Below are positions 1 to 7,655 of a stretch of 64,000 nucleotides of DNA, one piece after another. Below the pieces are notes generated by a model that was not told the origin of the DNA, did no database searches, and was given only the letters and a program-made list of their open reading frames with translations. This stretch comes from an uncultured SAR86 cluster bacterium (GTDB lineage Bacteria; Pseudomonadota; Gammaproteobacteria; Magnimaribacterales; TMED112). A program made the position numbers and the translations under genes. Positions within the stretch are counted from its first letter, which is position 1; every line of letters starts with the position of its first letter. The stretch covers positions 2,513 through 66,512 of the forward strand of contig CACNDL010000004.1 of NCBI GenBank assembly GCA_902619265.1, read 5' to 3'.

Positions 1-868
1 CGTTTATCTTTCTTCCGGCTAGAATTATTTCCGGATTGTATCCTACCTGCTGAGCTTTATGAGTAAGATAATATGGGTCTACTCCAATGCAATGGCCACC
101 AACTAAGCCTGGTTTAAATGGTATAAAGTTCCATTTAGTTTCTGCAGCTCTGAGCACTTCACTAGTGTCTATGTCTAGAATATTAAAAATTTTGGACAGC
201 TCATTTATTAAAGCTATATTTACATCTCTTTGAGTGTTTTCAATTACTTTAGCTGCCTCTGCAACTTTGATACTTGAAGCTTTGTATGTGCCTGCAGTTA
301 TTATTGAGCCATAAAGATCATCGATAAATAAAGCAGCTTTCTTGCTTGAGCCAGAAGTAATTTTCAGTATTTTTGTAATTGTATGAACTTTATCACCCGG
401 GTTAATCCTTTCTGGCGAATATCCAACAAAAAAATCGTCATTTAATTTTAATTTTGAAATTTCTTCTAGTAATGGGACACATACTTCTTCTGTCGTTCCA
501 GGATAAACTGTTGACTCATAAATTATGAAGCTACCGTTCTTTACATACTTAGAAACAGTTTTTGTAGCCTCAACAATTGGTGAAAGATTTGGCTCTTTAT
601 CATCATTTATAGGTGTCGGAACAGTTACGATAAATACATTACAGTGAGATAAGTCACTTTCATTGTATGAAAAATTCATTGATGATTTTTTTAATTCATC
701 ATTTTCGACTTCATTAGTATTATCTTTCCCTGAAATGAGTTGCTTTATTCTTTTTGAATTTACATCAAATCCTATGACTTCATACTTTTTTGAAAATTCA
801 ATAGCGAGAGGAAGCCCCACATAACCAAGACCAATAACACCTATTTTAATTTTTTCTTTAGGTATCAT
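1..868 (-). CDS. Nucleotide-sugar dehydrogenase (WbpO/TviB-like UDP-HexNAc 6-dehydrogenase), 3' end outside window
   Basis: Not in the ORF track; translated by hand from ATG at 868: [22 protein letters not shown]..., with [31 protein letters not shown] and catalytic [12 protein letters not shown] motifs. Confidence 0.9.
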   Translation of the reverse strand, partial: MIPKEKIKIGVIGLGYVGLPLAIEFSKKYEVIGFDVNSKRIKQLISGKDNTNEVENDELKKSSMNFSYNESDLSHCNVFIVTVPTPINDDKEPNLSPIVEATKTVSKYVKNGSFIIYESTVYPGTTEEVCVPLLEEISKLKLNDDFFVGYSPERINPGDKVHTITKILKITSGSSKKAALFIDDLYGSIITAGTYKASSIKVAEAAKVIENTQRDVNIALINELSKIFNILDIDTSEVLRAAETKWNFIPFKPGLVGGHCIGVDPYYLTHKAQQVGYNPEIILAGRKIN

Positions 869-1181
869 GCTTGTTTTGGTCTCCTAAGATTTTGTTAATT
901 TTTTGATATTCCTTATATTTAATAGTCAAAAAATTTCTAGCAAGTTTAGCTTTTTCGGATATTCCTTTTGGGGTAAGCACATATAAGTAACCAAACTTGT
1001 TATCAGAATTAATAAAGTTTTTAGTTTTTACTAGGCCCTTATCTATCAGTTTGTTTAAAGCATAATTTACTGCTCCCAAGCTAATATTAGCTTTTTTTGC
1101 AAGATTTCTCTGAGATATGCTTGGATTCCTTTCAATCTCATCAAGAATATATAAATGTTCTTCTTTATCTTTCTTACTCAT
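858..1181 (-). CDS. MarR-family EPS-associated transcriptional regulator
   Basis: wHTH signature [18 protein letters not shown] and [13 protein letters not shown]; heads a polysaccharide operon. Confidence 0.85.
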   Translation of the reverse strand: MSKKDKEEHLYILDEIERNPSISQRNLAKKANISLGAVNYALNKLIDKGLVKTKNFINSDNKFGYLYVLTPKGISEKAKLARNFLTIKYKEYQKINKILGDQNKHDT

Positions 1182-1206
1182 AATAAATCTGTTTTCAGCA
1201 TTATGC

Positions 1207-1221
1207 GTTCAATGGTTGAAC
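1207..1221. promoter_or_regulatory. Palindromic operator GTTCAA-N3-TTGAAC upstream of the MarR regulator
   Basis: Perfect 6-3-6 inverted repeat 25 bp upstream of the start codon, abutting a putative -10. Confidence 0.6.
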
Positions 1222-1250
1222 AGTGTACAGTTTTTAGACAAAAAAGTGAA
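1222..1250 (-). promoter_or_regulatory. Putative sigma70 promoter of the marR-dehydrogenase operon
   Basis: Minus strand TTCACT-17 nt-TACACT. Confidence 0.4.
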
Positions 1251-1268
1251 TAAATAAGTTTAGATTAA

Positions 1269-1355
1269 TGGTGCCCAGGGCCGGACTTGAACCGGCACGA
1301 AGTTTCCTTCGAGGGATTTTAAGTCCCTTGTGTCTACCAATTTCACCACCTGGGC
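1269..1355 (-). tRNA. tRNA-Leu (TAA)
   Basis: Reverse complement GCCCAGGTGGTGAAATTGGTAGACACAAGGGACTTAAAATCCCT...GGTTCAAGTCCGGCCCTGGGCACCA; long variable arm, anticodon TAA, encoded CCA. Confidence 0.97.
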
Positions 1356-1365
1356 GTAACAAGCA

Positions 1366-2229
1366 TCAAATTTTATCATCGAACGAAACATTTTGCTCAG
1401 ATTCGCGTTCATCAAGGCCTTTATATCTAGACCTAATTCTATTATTTTTTTTGATTACAGATTTTAAAACTGAAAGATCGATATTTAAACTTTCTCCAAG
1501 TTTAGCTAATGCCAAGCTATCTTTTGGGAAACATGCTCCTCCGAAACCTTTTTTTCCATCATGGCCAGGAACATTCATGTGGCTAATACCCAACCTGTTA
1601 TCACTAGATATAATTTTTATTATTGACTCCCAAGAATCGTTTACATTAAGCTTTTGATAAACCTCATAAAGCTCATTAAAAAATATTACTTTTGAAGCTA
1701 AAAAAGTATTTATTGCATATTTAATCAATGAGGCAGTTTCTGTATCAGTAAATATATGATCTTTTGTGACGCAACGCGAATGATCATAGTATGCTTGAGA
1801 GACCACTTTTGATATATTTTTTTTACCCCCAAATATCAAAAATTTAGAATTGATAAAATCTTCATTAGCATGCTTTTCCCTGAGAAATTCGGGATTATAG
1901 ATAAGGTTTTGATCTAATTTTTTTAATTCATTTAGTATTGATGGTAATACAGTACTCTTTACAACTTTGATGCTTGATGAGCATTTGCAGACTAATTCTT
2001 TTACAACACTTTTTAAAATCGATGCATCTTGATCACCATCATTGCCCATTGGAGTTGGAACACATATGAAAATTATATCTGGCATAAATTTACTGAGGTC
2101 CGAGATAGTAGTGTTTAACTTTGGATCAACTATGAATCTTTCAACATTTTTATGAAAGCCCCAGTCAGTAGCCTTACCAACGAAACCATGTCCAACAATG
2201 CCTAATTTTAGTTGTTTATTTTCTTTCAT
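1366..2229 (-). CDS. UDP-glucose/GDP-mannose dehydrogenase family protein, short form without the C-terminal domain
   Basis: GHGFVG Rossmann motif, CVPTP, KSTV, YNPEFLRE, catalytic GFGGACFPKD; only 287 aa. Confidence 0.85.
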   Translation of the reverse strand: MKENKQLKLGIVGHGFVGKATDWGFHKNVERFIVDPKLNTTISDLSKFMPDIIFICVPTPMGNDGDQDASILKSVVKELVCKCSSSIKVVKSTVLPSILNELKKLDQNLIYNPEFLREKHANEDFINSKFLIFGGKKNISKVVSQAYYDHSRCVTKDHIFTDTETASLIKYAINTFLASKVIFFNELYEVYQKLNVNDSWESIIKIISSDNRLGISHMNVPGHDGKKGFGGACFPKDSLALAKLGESLNIDLSVLKSVIKKNNRIRSRYKGLDERESEQNVSFDDKI

Positions 2230-3163
2230 ATTTTTTACACCATTCCAAGAATTTTTTCATACCAATATCAATGGATGTTTCTGGCTTATATCCTAATATT
2301 TTTTTTGCTTTAGTAATATCTGCGTGAGTATATTTTGACTCATTATTTGTATGTGCATGGATAACAGCAGCTTTCAAAGATAATTGCTTTTCAATTTCCT
2401 TAAGGAGATCAACTACCATAACTGGAGAATCATTACCAAGATTAAATATTTCATTTTTAAATTTAGTTTTTTCTTCAGTTATCAATTTAAAGCTACTTAT
2501 AACTCCAGAAATAATATCGTCTATGTATGTCATATCTCGAGCCATTGTTCCATAATTATTCAGTATTATTTTTTCATTATTCATTAATGATCTTGCGAAG
2601 GAATAATATGCCATATCAGGTCTGCCAAAAGGACCATAAACAGAAAAAAACCTCAACCCTATGATTGAAATATCCTCTTTATAAGCTAAATATGATGCAT
2701 ATTTTTCATTTTCTAATTTTGACTTTCCATATAAGCTCTTAGGTCGAAGTAGAGTATGACTTTCTTTGAACTTTTCTTCTCCATCATCTGAATAAACAGA
2801 GCTACTTGAAGCATAAATAATTTTTTTGATGTTTCTTTCAATGCAAAAATTGCAAAATTTTATAAAACCCTCTTCATTTGTTTCTCTATAAAGATACTCT
2901 TTAGATTTATCAACCCTCACTCCAGGTTGAGCGGCTAGATTAATAGCTAAATCAAATTTAACATTTGGCAGCTTAATATTTCGAATGTTTTGCTCAAAAA
3001 AGAAATAATTATCCTTAACTGTCTTTTGATATCTTTCCTTTTTTAATGAGATGTCATAATTATTAGAATAACTATCAATTCCATATACTTCATGGTTTTT
3101 TAATAATTTGTTAATAAGGTGAAAGCCAATGAAACCTGACGCTCCTGTAATAAGAATTCTCAT
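2216..3163 (-). CDS. NAD-dependent epimerase (UDP-glucuronate 4-epimerase-like)
   Basis: GASGFIG, LAAQPGVR, YASSSSVY, YGKSK, LRFFSVYGPFGRPDMA. Confidence 0.88.
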   Translation of the reverse strand: MRILITGASGFIGFHLINKLLKNHEVYGIDSYSNNYDISLKKERYQKTVKDNYFFFEQNIRNIKLPNVKFDLAINLAAQPGVRVDKSKEYLYRETNEEGFIKFCNFCIERNIKKIIYASSSSVYSDDGEEKFKESHTLLRPKSLYGKSKLENEKYASYLAYKEDISIIGLRFFSVYGPFGRPDMAYYSFARSLMNNEKIILNNYGTMARDMTYIDDIISGVISSFKLITEEKTKFKNEIFNLGNDSPVMVVDLLKEIEKQLSLKAAVIHAHTNNESKYTHADITKAKKILGYKPETSIDIGMKKFLEWCKKYERK

Positions 3164-3370
3164 AACTATAAAATTAAATTAAATTTACATTAAGTAAACA
3201 ACTGATTTCAAAGTTTACTTTTCATGTCAATTTATTTTGAAATACTTATTATTAAATCAATGTATATAATGAACACAGGATATTTTAAATTTTACTTTTT
3301 AGATTAATGAGCTTTAGGAAATTATGTCATACAAATTTTTAATAGCTGTTGAAAATTTTCGTAGAGAATA

Positions 3371-4855
3371 ATGAGTGGATTTAAGAATCTTATTGGGGGA
3401 ACATTTATTTTGGGATCCTCAAGATTTATTGAATTTTTTTTTAGCCTTTTAAGAACAAAGGTAAGTGCAGTTTTCTTGGGATTAACTGGAATAGGAATTT
3501 TAAACCAAACTAACTTCCTCTCAAATAAATTAGGTGCTCTCACATTATTAAGCATGAATGAGGGCCTTGTTAAACAGATAGCTGAAAACTCTTCATCAAA
3601 GAAGACAGTTAACCTAATTCATTCCTCTTTAAAGATTTATATCAAATTAAGTATTCTATTTATGGCAATAGCAACCTTGATCCTTAGTCTTTTTGCAGAG
3701 GGTATAACAATGTATGTTTTTGGAGACAATAAGTATGGTTATGCTTTTTGGGTATGTTTGCTATCTTTGCCAATTCTTATATTTAATAGCATTCCCTATT
3801 CCATATTACTCGCTTTTCAAAACGTAAAGCTTATCGCAAAACTTAGGATAATATCCTCAATTACAACATTGCTTTTGAGCATATCTCTAATATATTTTTT
3901 CGGTCTTAAAGGAGCAGTATTTTCAATTCTTCTGTCTCACGCTTTTAATCTAATTATTCATTATTATTTTGCAAGAAAAGCTTACTTCTCAGAAATTAAT
4001 ATTACTTCAGGCACAATTCTGCACGCAAAAAATGACTCTAAATTACAAAAGGAACTCATAACATTCTCAGGGTTTGGTTTAACTATAGGGACTTATGTAA
4101 TTTTGAGTGAACTTGTATGCAGAGCTATAGTTATTAACCAGTTAGGTATTGATACTTTTGGTTTATATAGTCCTGCAATTCTTTTTGGCACTTTTCTAAC
4201 TGGGTTCATGGCGCCTGCTTTAACAACTTATCTTTATTCAAGCCTTTGCAAAGCAGATGGAAATAATGAAATCACTGAACTTTTGAATGATGGGCTAAGA
4301 GTTGGGACATTTGTCTTAGTTGTTTTTTTCACTATTTCTGCTTCTTTCAGCGAACAACTTATATATTTAGTTTTTTCAAAAGATTTTATACCTGCAGCGA
4401 AATATGTTCCTTATCATGTGTTAGGTGTATCTTTTTATATATGGTTTGCAATTCTTGCAAAATCTCTCCCAGCAACTGGAAAAGTCAAGGATCATGGTTT
4501 TTTTAGGTTTTTTTACTTAACTTTAGATATATTAATAACTTATTTTCTTGTTTTAGAATTTGGTCTATGGGGATGGACAGCTAAATATATATTTAGCCCT
4601 TTGCTATTCTTTTTTATATATTTTCTTTACTGTAAATTTAATTTTAATCTCAGAATCAAAAGAGAGAACCTTTTATTGATGAGTTATTTCTTATTAACGG
4701 TTTCTGCAGTAATCGCAATAAATAAATTTATGGCCGATATGTTAATTTTAAAAATGTTATCAGTATTAATTATTTTAGTTATATTGATTGTATTTCTTTC
4801 TAGAGAAGAGAGGGTATTTATTAATAATTCTATTAAAAGGAGAATAGTGCAATAA
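3371..4855 (+). CDS. Oligosaccharide flippase (Wzx/MOP family)
   Basis: 494 aa, about 12-14 hydrophobic segments, N-terminal LLRTKVSAVFLGLTGIG typical of WzxE-like translocases. Confidence 0.75.
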   Translation: MSGFKNLIGGTFILGSSRFIEFFFSLLRTKVSAVFLGLTGIGILNQTNFLSNKLGALTLLSMNEGLVKQIAENSSSKKTVNLIHSSLKIYIKLSILFMAIATLILSLFAEGITMYVFGDNKYGYAFWVCLLSLPILIFNSIPYSILLAFQNVKLIAKLRIISSITTLLLSISLIYFFGLKGAVFSILLSHAFNLIIHYYFARKAYFSEINITSGTILHAKNDSKLQKELITFSGFGLTIGTYVILSELVCRAIVINQLGIDTFGLYSPAILFGTFLTGFMAPALTTYLYSSLCKADGNNEITELLNDGLRVGTFVLVVFFTISASFSEQLIYLVFSKDFIPAAKYVPYHVLGVSFYIWFAILAKSLPATGKVKDHGFFRFFYLTLDILITYFLVLEFGLWGWTAKYIFSPLLFFFIYFLYCKFNFNLRIKRENLLLMSYFLLTVSAVIAINKFMADMLILKMLSVLIILVILIVFLSREERVFINNSIKRRIVQ

Positions 4856-4880
4856 TCAATAACTTATTTTCAAAATAATC

Positions 4881-5702
4881 ATGATCTACAAAAAATTTAA
4901 AGATAAATATTTCCAACTATTCGTTAAAGGTGCTCTAAATGGTGTTTTTGAAAATGATCTAGATCTCATTAAAAAGTCTGTTAATAAGCATTTAGTTATC
5001 GTTTGTTCTCCTAAGTCTGGGAGTACCTGGTTAACTCGATCGCTACAGGAAATAACAAGTTTTAAAAGACTTGATCTTATCGCAAGCTTTGAGCGCAGGG
5101 AACAAGAAATTGATTTTTATCATTTGTTGCAACAAAAACCATCTGGAGAAATATTATCACCTCATATTCATCTCAAATATAGTGAATTTTCGGAAAATTT
5201 ATTCATGTCTATTGGCTCAAAGATTATCTTACAAGTACGAGATATTTTTGATTCTGTAATAAGCCTTGTTGATCATGTTGATAAAGAAGGTGTTAAATTT
5301 CCAAGCGCATTTATTGATCATGAGTCATGGATTAGTTTTTCAAGATTTGAAAAAATTGAGTTCATAATTGATATGGCAATTCCTTGGTATATATCCTTTT
5401 ATGCTGGATGGTATAATTCAAAAATTTTTCAATCGGGAGGAGTTTATCTAATCACATATGAAGAATTGTTAAAAAGTACTGCAGAAGAAATAAAGAATAT
5501 CCTTGATTGGGCAGACATAAAAAAGGATAAAAGTGAAATTATTCTAGCCCTTAAGAACACTTCAAAAATAAATACTAGAAAAAATGTTGGCCGAGCAGGT
5601 CGTGGATCGGAAATACCAGTACCACTGAAAAAAAAGATAATTAAAATGGCTGCTTATCATCCAAATGTTGACTTTGGGCCCTTAGGAATTGGTTTAGATT
5701 AG
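4881..5702 (+). CDS. PAPS-dependent sulfotransferase
   Basis: 5'-PSB loop SPKSGSTWL, 3'-PB motif VRDIFDSVIS, ITYEEL, C-terminal RKNVGRAGRG. Confidence 0.8.
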   Translation: MIYKKFKDKYFQLFVKGALNGVFENDLDLIKKSVNKHLVIVCSPKSGSTWLTRSLQEITSFKRLDLIASFERREQEIDFYHLLQQKPSGEILSPHIHLKYSEFSENLFMSIGSKIILQVRDIFDSVISLVDHVDKEGVKFPSAFIDHESWISFSRFEKIEFIIDMAIPWYISFYAGWYNSKIFQSGGVYLITYEELLKSTAEEIKNILDWADIKKDKSEIILALKNTSKINTRKNVGRAGRGSEIPVPLKKKIIKMAAYHPNVDFGPLGIGLD

Positions 5703-6470
5703 ATCATCCGATTGGGATCTAAGACCCCTTGCTAAAAAGTTTGGATTAAGAAGATTAGATTTATTATATTTTAGGTTTTGTTTTTTTACAGATATAAGCT
5801 CACCGCCGGCTTCTTGTAAAATTAAATCAGCTGCAGCGGTATCCCATTCCATCGTTGGCCCATATCTAGGATAAAAATCTGCAATGCCTTCGGCAACCTT
5901 ACATATTTTCAATGAGCTACCATACTGCAACACATTAATATCATATCTTTTTGAAAGCTTAACAATAAAAGCTTCAGTTTCTTTATTTAAATGAGATTTA
6001 CTAGCTACAATGTTTATTTTTTCTTCAATTGATTGATTTGAATGTATCTGTACTCCATTTTTATATGCTCCCTTATCCTTTTCAGCGTAAAATAATTCAT
6101 TTCTTCCAGGTACATATACAATTGAAAAAATCGGATATTCATCAAAGCATAGTGCTACATTTAACGTGTAATCGTTACTTTTATTTAGGAATTCTTTCGT
6201 CCCATCAATAGGATCAACTAGCCAAAACCAGTTCCAGCTTTCTCTTTCAATGTAATCAATATTCTTATTCTCTTCAGAGATTATATTTTGGTAATCTGTT
6301 TTCTTTATGAATTCATTTAAACTTTTATTTACTAAATTATCTGCTTCTGTAAGTGGTGATCCATCTTCTTTTAGTTCATATCTAATCTTTCGTTTTTTTA
6401 TATTCTCAGCCTCTTTGCCAAGATCTTTCAAAAGACTAAATAAATAATTTTTTTCTTTTGTACTAATCAT
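5694..6470 (-). CDS. cysQ: 3'(2'),5'-bisphosphate nucleotidase
   Basis: KEDGSPLTEAD, ISEE, WLVDPIDGTKEF, ASKSH, GSSLK, YPRYGPTMEWDTAA. Confidence 0.92.
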   Translation of the reverse strand: MISTKEKNYLFSLLKDLGKEAENIKKRKIRYELKEDGSPLTEADNLVNKSLNEFIKKTDYQNIISEENKNIDYIERESWNWFWLVDPIDGTKEFLNKSNDYTLNVALCFDEYPIFSIVYVPGRNELFYAEKDKGAYKNGVQIHSNQSIEEKINIVASKSHLNKETEAFIVKLSKRYDINVLQYGSSLKICKVAEGIADFYPRYGPTMEWDTAAADLILQEAGGELISVKKQNLKYNKSNLLNPNFLARGLRSQSDDLI

Positions 6471-6697
6471 CAGCTACGACCTATTTTTATGTAACGGAAC
6501 CATATTCTTTCGTGAATGTAATATAAAACCATTTTTGTAAGAATTTCGAAAGTTGCGATTCCTGCTGCCCAATCGACTTTCCCTGTTATTAACAGAGAAA
6601 TAATGAAAGTATCAGTGGTAGCTATTACACGCCAGGAAATAGTTTTATAGAGATGTCTTAATTTAAGGTTGTTTTCTTTTTCAGAGTTTGCCTTCAT
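6470..6697 (-). CDS. DUF2061 small membrane protein
   Basis: RHLYKTISWRVIAT...KMVLYYIHERIW signature; two hydrophobic helices. Confidence 0.8.
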   Translation of the reverse strand: MKANSEKENNLKLRHLYKTISWRVIATTDTFIISLLITGKVDWAAGIATFEILTKMVLYYIHERIWFRYIKIGRS

Positions 6698-7070
6698 CTC
6701 GCATTTTTTTTCTTATGTTTGTTGCGCTTATATTATGTATTTCATCTTCAAAGACTTCTTCTTCAAAGACATAACCAACACCTCTTCCATATGTGATATT
6801 TACTATGTTTGGCACAAGCATAATTTCGTATTCTTTCCCTCTTCTAAAACCATCTTTTGCTAATCCATTTTCAATATTTTTGCACACAGTTTCCCAGTCA
6901 AATGGGTTATCATCTTGACCAGCACCCCCTGATGCCCCTTGAACATCTCTTACTTGTATTGCTACTTGACCTGTCTTTGCAACACATCTTTTAAAAAGTG
7001 CCTGGTGGCCATCATGCCATGGCTGCCATCTTCCAAGCATCTGTACAGTTGGTTTTTTCCAATCAAACAT
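6681..7070 (-). CDS. Small HxGH nucleotidyltransferase; candidate minimal ATP sulfurylase
   Basis: GRWQPWHDGH, YGRGVGY and ISATNIR motifs; overlaps its neighbours, the APS kinase and DUF2061. Confidence 0.7.
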   Translation of the reverse strand: MFDWKKPTVQMLGRWQPWHDGHQALFKRCVAKTGQVAIQVRDVQGASGGAGQDDNPFDWETVCKNIENGLAKDGFRRGKEYEIMLVPNIVNITYGRGVGYVFEEEVFEDEIHNISATNIRKKMRDEGKL

Positions 7071-7470
7071 TTTTTAACTCCTTTAAAATAATTTTTGGCG
7101 TGTCCTCTTTCCACTCAGTTATATGAAAGTTTACTTTTTTGGGTGGTTCAAAAATTTTATTTGTGTCATCAAATCTACCTTTTTCAATTGTATCCATCCA
7201 AATGATTATATCTGGATTAAATATCTCTCTTGTTCTTTCTGTAGGACAGACAAAATCGCATATTACATATCTTCCATGAGACTTTTCAAACTCTGCAAAG
7301 GTATTCATGCGCTGGCTTTGTCTTGATCTTCCTTCATCAGAAAAATCCCAATCCCCAGCCATTTCTCTAACATTGTCTGCGTTATACCAAGCACACTTCA
7401 TAATTTCTTTTAATTTTTTTGCTAGATAAGTTTTTCCACTGCCGGGAAGACCCATAATTAGTATTTTCAT
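7063..7470 (-). CDS. Adenylylsulfate kinase-like P-loop kinase (short form)
   Basis: MGLPGSGKT, NADNVR, DWDFSDEGR, CDFVCP and FEPP align with CysC motifs; 135 aa. Confidence 0.75.
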   Translation of the reverse strand: MKILIMGLPGSGKTYLAKKLKEIMKCAWYNADNVREMAGDWDFSDEGRSRQSQRMNTFAEFEKSHGRYVICDFVCPTERTREIFNPDIIIWMDTIEKGRFDDTNKIFEPPKKVNFHITEWKEDTPKIILKELKNV

Positions 7471-7536
7471 TATTTTATAAAATGTGTAGAGCTATTATAG
7501 ATAATTCTAATTCAATTGCTATAAATCCCTTTTAAT

Positions 7537-7610
7537 TGGAGGCTGAGAACGGAATCGAACCGATGTACACGGAGTTGCAGTCCGCTGCATAACCACTCTG
7601 CCACTCAGCC
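7537..7610 (-). tRNA. tRNA-Cys (GCA)
   Basis: Reverse complement GGCTGAGTGGCAGAGTGGTTATGCAGCGGACTGCAACTCCGTGTACATCGGTTCGATTCCGTTCTCAGCCTCCA; anticodon GCA, discriminator U. Confidence 0.96.
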
Positions 7611-7655
7611 AGAAATTTATTATCTCATTAAATTAGAATTAATTTTCTTTAATGC

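Noticed and set aside
1268-1657. 129-aa plus-strand ORF MVPRAGLEPAR...
   Set aside because: Antisense translation of tRNA-Leu and the dehydrogenase 3' end; a typical tRNA shadow ORF.
3192-3220. Inverted repeat AAGTAAAC-N13-GTTTACTT in the epimerase/flippase divergent gap
   Set aside because: Could be an operator, but it is a single AT-rich instance, does not match the MarR palindrome, and has no other support.
1259-3309. 12-bp direct repeat TTTAGATTAATG at 1259-1270 and 3298-3309 as possible att sites
   Set aside because: Very AT-rich, includes only the last 2 nt of the tRNA, the copy lies upstream rather than downstream of the tRNA, and no integrase is present; probably chance.
7537-7610. 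U-U mismatch in the tRNA-Cys T-stem suggesting a pseudo-tRNA
   Set aside because: All other stems, the anticodon loop, discriminator and CCA are intact; single mismatches are tolerated.
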